The notes beneath the pieces are model-generated. The model did not search any database. It had not been told where the DNA came from and was given only the letters and a program-made list of their open reading frames with translations. The translations under genes were made by a program, and so were the position numbers. 64,000 nt of DNA from the NCBI GenBank assembly GCA_045546975.1, contig JAZQDV010000007.1, positions 73,176-137,175 of the forward strand. The letters run 5' to 3'. Shown one piece after another: positions 16,501 to 23,167 of this stretch (position 1 is the stretch's first letter; every line of letters begins with the position of its first letter). The stretch comes from Eubacteriales bacterium (GTDB lineage Bacteria > Bacillota > Clostridia > Oscillospirales > JAAYXM01).

Positions 16501-18346
16501 GGATTGCCGTTACAACGGTGCAAAGTTCACTGTTCCTGTAACAATCGACGGTAACAACAAGACACTTAAACTCACGGGCGCAGTTGATGACAAGAACTGG
16601 AACACAGTATTCAGATTTGAGGCTGATGCTACAGTCAAGAACCTTACAATCGACGCGAGTGAAGCAACAGGCATCCAGAGAGGTATCTCTGCTAAGTCAA
16701 GCATTACTGTTGAAAACTGCACATTCATAGGTAACGGAACATCAACAAAGCGCGGTGTTATCTTCGGTGAAGGCGCAGGCACAGCACTTTCCGATGTAGT
16801 TGCAACAATTACAAACTCCAAATTCACAAATTGGAGCTATGGCGTTTCTGATAACCAGAGCGGTAAGGATGCAAAGTCTGTTTCTGTTACAGGCTCTACC
16901 TTCATTAACGCAAGCGCACTCTTGAGTGCTTCCGACTCGGTAACATTTACAGGCAATACTGTATCAGACGGTTATGTAAATATCACTTCTTACACCGCAG
17001 CTGATACTGCTACTGTTGTTGCAACAGGCAACAATCTTGTAGGCACTGATGATGAAATTACTGTAAATCCCGAAAACATAACCTCAGATGATTCATTCAT
17101 TACTCCTGTTGCCAAGATTGGCTCTAAGTATTATGAGACCTTAGATAAAGCAATCAGCAAGGCAGCAGTTGGTGACACAGTTGTTCTTTTAACTGATGTT
17201 GAGCTTTCGGATACAATTACAATTCCTACTGACAAGAAGATTACTCTTGACTTAAGCAGCAAGACAATCACAGGTACAGATAATACTGAAAAGAATTTCA
17301 GTCTTATCGATAACCGCGGTGATCTTACCATTACAGGAAACGGTACTATGACTCTTACTGCTACCGTCAACTCCGGATGGAACCGTTACTCTGCAGTTCT
17401 TGCAAACAACCCCGGCGGTAAGCTTACCATTGAAAACGGTACGTTTGAGCACCTCGGTGGCACCGATATGGCTTACGGTATTGACAACCTTACAAACGGC
17501 AAGGGAACCTATGCTGAAACCATAATTAACGGCGGTACAATCAAGTCCACTTACCGTGGTATCCGTCAGTTCCTCAACGGTATTGAAGCACAGAACATTC
17601 TCACAGTTAACGGCGGTACTGTTGAAGGCACTAACAAGTCTATCTGGATGCAGGATCCGAACAAGAACGCAAACACAGGTACACTTACTGTTACTGATGG
17701 CGCTACCTTGAACGGCGACGTGTATCTGACTGTAACAGAAGGTTCTACCGAATGGCCTGTTGAAGTAAGCATTGCTAAATCAGCAGTAAACGGACAGGTT
17801 CTTACTAATGGAAACGAGCCTGCAGGATATGAGCTGGTTGAAGAAAACGGAACCTACGGCGTAATAGAAAAAGAAATAGTAACTCCGTTCAAGGACGCTC
17901 CGTTGTTCTTGGCAGGACTTCCGGATGAAGTTATTGACGGTGTAACATACCACCCCGTTTATATGGCAACCTCTATTGATTCATTGAATTATAGAAAGGT
18001 CGGATTTGATTACACCTTCTCAATTTTCGATACTGAAACAGGCGAGGTTACTTTCTCGGTACCGTATACAACCGAAACAAGTGAGGTATACTCTTCTATC
18101 AGCGATGCTAATACAACATATACAGTTGACAGCATTGGCGGAAACGGTGAATACTTGTTTATGAATAAGTTGCTGTTCCACGCAGAACATTATCACAACA
18201 ATAACACAAAGGTTACCATCACACCGTACGCTATTGATACGAACGGAAACAAAATCACCGGCTGGACAATTGATATGACAAATGAATTCTATAAGTCACT
18301 TCAGTCTGGTGATGTAAAACAGGATATGTTCAAGGAGGGAAACTAA
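10514..18346 (+). CDS. Giant secreted surface protein (2610 aa) with GLUG-like motif blocks and multiple parallel beta-helix-type modules
   Basis: AGGAGG RBS 10 nt before the TTG start. Signal peptide MRLKRIMAMFLCFAMVLSTMGTTVFA|ENT. Two blocks of GG[LI][IA]G motifs. At least 6 recurrences of the module cap V-A-[KQ]-I-G-x-x-x-[YF]-x-[ST]-L-x-x-A. No LPXTG, SLH or dockerin seen. Confidence 0.9.
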   Translation: MRLKRIMAMFLCFAMVLSTMGTTVFAENTAVVSAEATAVSDNNLYVNTDYNSETEGYGVTRFANYNAAYAYAVANNTSATIVVEKNNSISGFCFDNNHKNYTKLAVVIKDGATMGVSLSKWDMTYPVTVEAGGTLTCARPKNASVSNIHIKNKLIIGTEGSDKQAYCYFLSDSYQDCDISIRYNGSITAYNAVMTVQDLDAQGSFTATDSNITVDGAFASATWYATTLTDSDMQINGNQISGGLSDFSGGDNNQLGKVTLNGDSSISFAEGSAVDVAATVTVNGNSYITADTLTVEKNKKINVNGTSSVSAQTLTNNGTIATTSGSTVTAKTVSEESTGTVTIDGEEAAFDESGNLVLPAAPVATVDGVPYTELQAALDAAAAGEGNVTVEILENINLTNVDWNPVTVSAPKYPVVTVNGNGKIITGLNDMLFAGTWAGGSGLIINDLTIADSAIINDKDDTNGNVGVGAFIGFPQASATVTLNNCHLVDSRVEGGHWTGGLIGYAAGYAGNDGPVFMNLTINECSVTGSTITGKGSAGGIIGHATGNAWTQVTITDTTVSGNTVASTGSSTNKAGAVIGTIGAAGQATTVNGVEKTGGVSVAATVSGNTVTSSSTTITTIYGRQGTDTGMLYVSGGEYDNYPIEENVAYAAPIEGYEIADNGNGTWGIAEETILSGAGTQEDPYLIEDIDDLTLFRDNVNNGTDYDGQYVKLMSDIDLTSVENWIPIGAYGSHANEMTFRGYFDGNNKTISNLTVNDTTSTADILGLFGHIHGDGMKNTLEPSVKNLTLTNVNISSTDSASRIGGLAGNPYTCYLENVHVSGTISGGKWTGGIAGNCYTVFENCSFTGTVDSNNQAGGIAGAGDARVYNSKVIGDITATYWAGGIIGNGQEGASAVGCYAKGTVTAESNWYFGVGGIAGVGGHGYEGSVYEDNYFDGEVYLGETKVNAIVVGFVNADGNEAMNTVVDGNSWNTEYYAADTPVVVTADVTSDISPEDWAASASEEKSSVRNNNLVMLESDIQYVDATSMDNVTIMKFSEVTEEEVEVQIEKNNLVAKIGETGFASLAEAIVAANAMTGDVTVEIYAKVEYNDATASLTGAYDSINFVGKTEDAEISITRNGSNGYISGEGNDCKVTFTDLILSKPEGHYANDAGFMNMAFSVYRVASVKYTNCQFPNGACAAGCPTTYTNCTFEKSHEKYALWAYGTEVVVDECTFDDDRGIKMYAEGSAKTTELTVTNTDFSKLTSKPAIVATLGQSITLSGNTYSAKGVLELEDNGSSNGIEITSEDVVTCISDAYPDGCGVLVDGAIYRTVAEAAEVAEEGSTVTLLHNSTETVELSEGVTLDKNGFTADGVTVKVSVAAKIGETYYETVQAAINAAQSGDTVEILPGEYDPINISSKNITIQGTVGDNGELLTTIKGGNPAITGHSFNGTIKDLKIVDAWKVMYAEPAGNITVDNVYVTGATYGFHLVAYSEGLTWTIQNSYMDLRWANSLGVYKDGDAEIIIKGNEFVSTDPYYSDYGALHVNSFLPNVTVEENIFRENAKIYIDASVTDTSNINISKNYHADGVENAFADDTDGVTVKIDSYYTVIEEDGTLSGLVEVVDPAAKIGDTTYETLAAAIAAVKEGETITMLADTTVSENVTLPAGITFNGNGKKISRENGAIIYAGGELTFEGYTTIANFNANGKTINIGEGATLETTDGRMVIGHGATFNITGSIADAKTADVTNITPSLIAPGVSFTGAGVNFNVTNAYVKFTAYCSSKNSNASGTYNINVNNSIWEQTGSLVFSEPTNGMDPTFNFKVKDSVLNSTSHLVFAVTKGEIVFDNSVVNEGVHRQLENRSNLTIKNGSVVYAAHATSSNAKNPGTTIVENATYIATGDFSGSDVGTGTLIVKKGAIVNMGKITKANIVVDATDMAAGDVVGITANLSALEGTISVVNNNLDAEIVDGAIVLVEKPVAQIGDEKFASLEEAFKAATDGCTITLMSDITVSELWDCRYNGAKFTVPVTIDGNNKTLKLTGAVDDKNWNTVFRFEADATVKNLTIDASEATGIQRGISAKSSITVENCTFIGNGTSTKRGVIFGEGAGTALSDVVATITNSKFTNWSYGVSDNQSGKDAKSVSVTGSTFINASALLSASDSVTFTGNTVSDGYVNITSYTAADTATVVATGNNLVGTDDEITVNPENITSDDSFITPVAKIGSKYYETLDKAISKAAVGDTVVLLTDVELSDTITIPTDKKITLDLSSKTITGTDNTEKNFSLIDNRGDLTITGNGTMTLTATVNSGWNRYSAVLANNPGGKLTIENGTFEHLGGTDMAYGIDNLTNGKGTYAETIINGGTIKSTYRGIRQFLNGIEAQNILTVNGGTVEGTNKSIWMQDPNKNANTGTLTVTDGATLNGDVYLTVTEGSTEWPVEVSIAKSAVNGQVLTNGNEPAGYELVEENGTYGVIEKEIVTPFKDAPLFLAGLPDEVIDGVTYHPVYMATSIDSLNYRKVGFDYTFSIFDTETGEVTFSVPYTTETSEVYSSISDANTTYTVDSIGGNGEYLFMNKLLFHAEHYHNNNTKVTITPYAIDTNGNKITGWTIDMTNEFYKSLQSGDVKQDMFKEGN

Positions 18347-18347
18347 G

Positions 18348-18509
18348 ATGAGAAATTACGAAGAACCAAGACTTGATATTATTGAGCTTGAAGCAAAGGA
18401 TATCATTCAGACAAGCGGCATCTTAACTCCGGGTGGAGATGCCCAGATTCCGGGAACGGGAGTAATCGTACCTATTCCGGGAGCTTCCGCCTTAGATAGC
18501 ACGTATTAA
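18348..18509 (+). CDS. 53-aa ORF starting 1 nt after the giant gene's stop codon
   Basis: The ATG starts 1 nt after the TAA of the giant gene. Translation: MRNYEEPRLDIIELEAKDIIQTSGILTPGGDAQIPGTGVIVPIPGASALDSTY. No signal peptide and no Cys. It shares TGVIVP[IL]P with the next gene. Confidence 0.5.
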   Translation: MRNYEEPRLDIIELEAKDIIQTSGILTPGGDAQIPGTGVIVPIPGASALDSTY

Positions 18510-18524
18510 GAAATAAATATCTCG

Positions 18525-18560
18525 AATAACGGGCAGGTAAACAGCCTGCCCGTTATTTGC
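18525..18560 (+). terminator. Hairpin (probably a partial terminator) after the 53-aa ORF
   Basis: AATAACGGGCAGG-TAAACAG-CCTGCCCGTTATT, followed by a weak T tract. Confidence 0.5.
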
Positions 18561-18589
18561 AGATACAAACAGCAAAGGAATGATAAACA

Positions 18590-19459
18590 GTGAGAAATTT
18601 CATTAAAACTATATGTTTGTTGTTAGCAACACTTAATTTGTTTTCCATTACTGCTTTTGCAGAGCTGGAGGTAGGCAATAATTTTGACCTTGGCAATTCA
18701 ACCGGCGTTATTGTTCCGCTTCCGAGCGATGATAAAGATGACGGACAGCAGGGTTCTTCATCCAATAGTAACAACAACGGAAATGGCAACGGCGGCAATA
18801 ACAGCGTTGGTGGCGGTGGCGGTTCTTACATACCGGCTACAAAACCGGACAAGGAGACCGAAACACAACAAGAATCAACGCAAACAGAAAATAATATCAA
18901 AACTTTTTCCGATATAAAACAAAACGATTGGTTTTACAGTGATGTAATGTTTGTTTCTAATAATAAGATTATGACAGGTACGAGCGAGAGTGAATTTTCA
19001 CCGAACACCACACTTAATCGTGCCATGATGATTACAATTTTACATAGGATTGACGGAGACAGTTCCACTTATAAAAAAGATATATTTAATGATGTTGAAA
19101 AAAACAGCTGGTACGAAAATGCTGTAAATTGGGGATATGAAAATAAAATCGTTACAGGCACAAGTGCGAATACCTTTGCTCCCAAAAACAATTTAACCCG
19201 TGAGCAGCTTTGCGTCATGCTTTACAATTATACAAAACATATTGGAGTTAAAACTGAATTTGCCGACACATCCTCTTTCTCTGACAACAACACAGTTTCA
19301 GATTGGGCAAAAGATGCCGTTTCCTGGGCAGTGCAGGAGAAGATTGTGACAGGAAAAGGAAACAATACACTTGCTCCCAAGGACAGTGCCACAAGAGCGG
19401 AAGCAGCAGCGGTTATAAGACGGTACACAGAAAAATTTGTAGAAATCGAGGAAAAATAA
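18590..19459 (+). CDS. Secreted protein with three C-terminal SLH (S-layer homology) domains
   Basis: GTG start. Signal peptide ...LFSITAFA|ELEV. Low-complexity N/G/S linker. Three SLH repeats (FSDI..DWFYSDV, FNDV..SWYENAVNW, FSDN..SDWAKDAVSW). Confidence 0.88.
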   Translation: MRNFIKTICLLLATLNLFSITAFAELEVGNNFDLGNSTGVIVPLPSDDKDDGQQGSSSNSNNNGNGNGGNNSVGGGGGSYIPATKPDKETETQQESTQTENNIKTFSDIKQNDWFYSDVMFVSNNKIMTGTSESEFSPNTTLNRAMMITILHRIDGDSSTYKKDIFNDVEKNSWYENAVNWGYENKIVTGTSANTFAPKNNLTREQLCVMLYNYTKHIGVKTEFADTSSFSDNNTVSDWAKDAVSWAVQEKIVTGKGNNTLAPKDSATRAEAAAVIRRYTEKFVEIEEK

Positions 19460-19460
19460 A

Positions 19461-19886
19461 TTGCCACCATCATTGATTTCCAGATCATTAAGGTTTTTTA
19501 TTACAAGCATAATTTGTTCTTTGCCCATATTTATCGGACAGTTGCTGTCAATCACAGATAACGGTATATTGTTTTTTTCTTTTATAGTTTTTGCTATTGA
19601 GATAGGCATTGACTCATACCATTTTTCTTTTGTTTTCTTAGGAATAGAAAATTATTGTTTTTATCAGCTTTTGCCACTCGTTATATATCTTATTACCGGT
19701 TTTTTTACTTGTTTGTTATTTCCGCCTTTTATATTCAACAGAATTTTTCTGCCTCTAAGATTTGCAGGAATCTTCGGAATGAGTACTATTGCATCAATAG
19801 CCATCACTTCGATAATCTTTATAGTAATAGTGACCGTTCTGAGGTTTTTCGGAGCAAGAGCAGGTCGTTTATTTGCAAATATGTAA
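19461..19886 (+). CDS. Possible polytopic membrane protein (TTG start)
   Basis: 141 aa, very hydrophobic, AT-rich DNA, no clear RBS. It could be an artefact of composition. Confidence 0.3.
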   Translation: MPPSLISRSLRFFITSIICSLPIFIGQLLSITDNGILFFSFIVFAIEIGIDSYHFSFVFLGIENYCFYQLLPLVIYLITGFFTCLLFPPFIFNRIFLPLRFAGIFGMSTIASIAITSIIFIVIVTVLRFFGARAGRLFANM

Positions 19887-19956
19887 ATGTTCACTGTGAC
19901 CTTGCGAAGTTTTTGTATGGTGACGGCATCGTGGATTTAAGCAAAGGAGAAAGTAT

Positions 19957-20148
19957 ATGTTTGGAAAGAATAAAATATGTACAAAATGCAAGATAGGAAA
20001 AGAAAGTTACGAACTTGATAAACTTTCTCATGTATGTCCGTACATTGTGTGTTGGAAACACGGCAAATGCAAATACTTTTTACCACTTGAAAAGCCAGAA
20101 CGAACAGATTTCTTTAAGAGACTCAAAAATTATGTGTTGCATAAATAG
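19957..20148 (+). CDS. Small Cys-rich protein (63 aa), family unknown
   Basis: AAAGGAGA RBS 6 nt upstream. CTKC...CPYIVC...C pattern suggests metal binding. Confidence 0.5.
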   Translation: MFGKNKICTKCKIGKESYELDKLSHVCPYIVCWKHGKCKYFLPLEKPERTDFFKRLKNYVLHK

Positions 20149-20185
20149 GCTCGGAAAACTTCTTGAGGCTTAATCTTCAAAAAAT

Positions 20186-20226
20186 AAAACTCACAAGGGA
20201 TGAAATTCCTTGTGAGTTTTTCTTTT
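20186..20226. terminator. Bidirectional terminator; right edge of the accessory island
   Basis: AAAACTCACAAGG-GATGAAATT-CCTTGTGAGTTTT. Confidence 0.75.
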
Positions 20227-20231
20227 CTCTA

Positions 20232-20603
20232 TTATGCTTTCCAGAGGCTGTGGAGGTTGCAGTATTCATAAACTCCTACTACTTTGCGTCCGCCTGTTGC
20301 AAATGCCGCACGGGGCGCCTCACCCGGCTTTAAGTACTTTATATCAAAGCCATCTGCATACTCAACGCAAATCCACTCGATGTAGTGCTCCTCCGCCATC
20401 GGGTGCTCTACCGAGCCAACCGTAACGCTGAGAGTATCACCCGATACCTCATATACGGGGATGTGCTTTTCAGTTGCAGCATCTGTTGTTCCGGGGACTA
20501 TCTCCTGCATCTTTTCACCGCAGCATACTACGGGGACCTTGCGGTCACGAACCTTAGTTACGATGTTTCCGCAATGTGAACAGATAAAAAACTTCATTTT
20601 CAT
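20232..20603 (-). CDS. Desulfoferrodoxin (superoxide reductase)
   Basis: 123 aa. N-terminal desulforedoxin-like CSHCGN...CCGEKM. C-terminal SOR domain with EKHIPV and HPM..EHYIEW. Confidence 0.85.
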   Translation of the reverse strand: MKMKFFICSHCGNIVTKVRDRKVPVVCCGEKMQEIVPGTTDAATEKHIPVYEVSGDTLSVTVGSVEHPMAEEHYIEWICVEYADGFDIKYLKPGEAPRAAFATGGRKVVGVYEYCNLHSLWKA

Positions 20604-20618
20604 TCTCCTTTTTTGAAA

Positions 20619-21416
20619 TTATATTTCGCCGCGTGCCATTCTGACGATATCACCTACACCGTCGAGAACAATCGACGGACGATATGCGTATGTTTTAAGC
20701 GTTTCCCGTGTCGAAACTCCCGAGAGAACAAGAACGGTTGACATACCGCTTTCAAGTCCCGAAATAATATCAGTGTCCATTCTGTCTCCTACCATTACCG
20801 CATCCGCGGAATGGCAATCAAGAAGCTTGAGTCCCGTTCTCATCATAAGCGGATTTGGTTTTCCGCAAAAGTATGCGCGCGTTCCCGTGGCAATCTCAAT
20901 CGGAGCAACAAGCGCACCGCACGCAGGTGCGATTCCGCTGTCAATCGGCCCTGACACGTCAGAGTTTGCACCGATAAGCTTTGCTCCACCAAGGACGAGG
21001 TTCGTTGCCTTTGTGAGTGTATCAAGTGAATATGACTTTGCCTCACCGACTACAACATAGTCAGGATTTACATCATTCATCATAATACCCGCATCATAAA
21101 GCGCGTTGGTAAGACCTGCCTCACCGATAGCATACACCGAACAACCGGGTGCCTGCTCCTTTAAGAACGCTGCAGTAGCAAGAGCGCTTGTGTAGAAATG
21201 CTCCTCGCCGACCTCAAGGCCAAGGCGGTGAAGCTTCTGCTGAAGCTCGCGTCTCGTATAACCGCTGTTGTTGGTTAAGAAAAGATATTCCTTCTTTTCG
21301 TCGTGCAGCCATTTTATGAACTCGGCAACGCCGGGAAGAACCGTATTGCCGTGATAGATAACACCGTCCATATCACATATAAAGCCGCATTTTGAATTAA
21401 ACTCTATTTTGCTCAA
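20619..21416 (-). CDS. HAD-IIA family sugar phosphatase (NagD-like)
   Basis: DMDGVIY motif I, LTNNS motif II, GDRMDTDI motif IV. 265 aa. Confidence 0.8.
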   Translation of the reverse strand: MSKIEFNSKCGFICDMDGVIYHGNTVLPGVAEFIKWLHDEKKEYLFLTNNSGYTRRELQQKLHRLGLEVGEEHFYTSALATAAFLKEQAPGCSVYAIGEAGLTNALYDAGIMMNDVNPDYVVVGEAKSYSLDTLTKATNLVLGGAKLIGANSDVSGPIDSGIAPACGALVAPIEIATGTRAYFCGKPNPLMMRTGLKLLDCHSADAVMVGDRMDTDIISGLESGMSTVLVLSGVSTRETLKTYAYRPSIVLDGVGDIVRMARGEI

Positions 21417-21563
21417 TGTTTTTCTCCTTATACATATATTACTCTATAATTTTAACATTATTTTCCTTATGCCGTCAACTTAAATCTTTTTTTGTTTACA
21501 TTATGATGTGATTTTGATATAATGATACACGGATTTTTAAGCTGAAGCCTCAAGGAGAAAGTT

Positions 21564-23150
21564 ATGATTCTTATAGGAAATCTCAAGCTCGCGCTTTCCG
21601 AGAGCGAGGAAAAACTTAATATGAAAGCTGCGCGCGTTCTCGGTATACACCCGCGAGAGATATCCTCTCTCCGAATAACGAAGAAGGCGGTTGATGCGCG
21701 TGATAAATCCGACGTGCATTTTGTCTTTTCGGTAGAGGTTTCCCTCTCCTGCAATGAGGAGAGGACCGTTGCGCGTCTTAAGCGACGCGACATTACGTTA
21801 AAACCTCACGAGGACAAGCTCCCATATATTAACCCAACCCTTCCCACACTTCGCCCTGTTGTTGCAGGAGCAGGTCCGGCAGGACTCTTTGCCGCGCTCA
21901 CACTTGCAAGAGCAGGCGCCGCGCCCGTTCTCATCGAACGCGGAGAGTGTGTAGAAAAAAGAGCTGAGACTGTTCGGCGTTTCTGGGAAAAAGGTGAGCT
22001 CCGAGAATCCTCAAACGTACAGTTTGGCGAAGGCGGTGCGGGTGCGTTTTCCGACGGAAAACTAAACTCCGGCACCCACGACAGACGACGCTTTGAGGTA
22101 TACCGCACCTTTGTTTCTCACGGCGCGCCGAGTGAGATTATGTATATCAAAAATCCTCACATCGGCTCAGACAAGCTTCCAAAGGTTGTCTCCGGAATAC
22201 GCGAGGAGATAAAATCACTTGGCGGTGACGTCCTGTTCTCTCATAAGCTCACAAAAATTCACGAAAAGAACGGTTCTCTTTCCGCCGTCACCTGTGAAAC
22301 ACCAAACGGAGAGGTAACATTTGAGACAAATCATTTAATTCTTGCGGTCGGTCACTCCGCGCGCGATGTTTTTGCACTTCTTCGCAACATGGGTGTAACC
22401 CTCGCGCAAAAGCCGTTTTCAATGGGTGTCAGAGTTGAACACCTGCAGAGCGATATCGACAGATGCCGCTTTGGAGAATTTGCAGGACACCCTGCCCTCG
22501 GTGCGGCGGACTACAAGCTTTCAAACAAACTCACAAACGGAAGATGCGTGTACACCTTCTGCATGTGCCCCGGTGGTCTCGTTATAAATGCATCGAGCGA
22601 AGAGGGCGGACTTGTGACAAACGGTATGAGTCTCTTTGCGAGAAACGAAAAAAACGCAAACAGCGCCCTTCTCGTAAATGTCACCCCCGAGGACTTCGGC
22701 GGCAACGATTCCCTTGCCGGCGTGGACCTGCAGAGAAAAATTGAAAAGGCAGCATTTTCGCTCGGTGGCGGAAATTACTTTGCACCTGTGCAGACGGTCG
22801 AAGGTTTTATAAAGAACAAGCTCACGGGATTTGGCAGAGTTTCACCGTCATTCTTGCCCGGTGTTTCGGAAGCAAACATCGCAGAGCTTTTCCCTGAATA
22901 TATAACTGAATCGCTGAAAGCCGGACTTTCAGGTTTTTCGCGACTCATCCCTGCCTTTTCCGACGGTGAGGCGGTGCTGACCGCACCTGAAACGCGCTCA
23001 TCCTCACCCGTAAGGATTTGCAGGAATGAAAAAATGATATCCTCGCTCCCGGGGCTCTTCCCCTGTGGCGAGGGAGCAGGCTATGCAGGAGGGATTCTTT
23101 CCTCCGCGGTTGACGGCATAAAGGTTGCCGAGGCAGTACTTGGAATTTAG
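21564..23150 (+). CDS. FAD-dependent oxidoreductase of unknown specificity (COG2509-like)
   Basis: GAGPAGLFAAL dinucleotide-binding motif. 528 aa. AAGGAGA RBS. Confidence 0.7.
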   Translation: MILIGNLKLALSESEEKLNMKAARVLGIHPREISSLRITKKAVDARDKSDVHFVFSVEVSLSCNEERTVARLKRRDITLKPHEDKLPYINPTLPTLRPVVAGAGPAGLFAALTLARAGAAPVLIERGECVEKRAETVRRFWEKGELRESSNVQFGEGGAGAFSDGKLNSGTHDRRRFEVYRTFVSHGAPSEIMYIKNPHIGSDKLPKVVSGIREEIKSLGGDVLFSHKLTKIHEKNGSLSAVTCETPNGEVTFETNHLILAVGHSARDVFALLRNMGVTLAQKPFSMGVRVEHLQSDIDRCRFGEFAGHPALGAADYKLSNKLTNGRCVYTFCMCPGGLVINASSEEGGLVTNGMSLFARNEKNANSALLVNVTPEDFGGNDSLAGVDLQRKIEKAAFSLGGGNYFAPVQTVEGFIKNKLTGFGRVSPSFLPGVSEANIAELFPEYITESLKAGLSGFSRLIPAFSDGEAVLTAPETRSSSPVRICRNEKMISSLPGLFPCGEGAGYAGGILSSAVDGIKVAEAVLGI

Positions 23151-23167
23151 CACAAAGGAAGTTTAGG

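Noticed and set aside
18348-18509. The 53-aa ORF read as a RiPP or bacteriocin precursor.
   Set aside because: It has no Cys and no double-glycine or other leader-cleavage motif that I can recognise. There is no radical-SAM, lanthipeptide, cyclodehydratase or ABC-export gene in the neighbourhood.
20123-20148. AAATTATGTGTTGC at the right edge of the island resembles the TTATGTGGT recombination arm, hinting at a third site.
   Set aside because: Only a 9-nt match, with no palindromic partner arm and no core. A match of this length is expected by chance in 64 kb on two strands.
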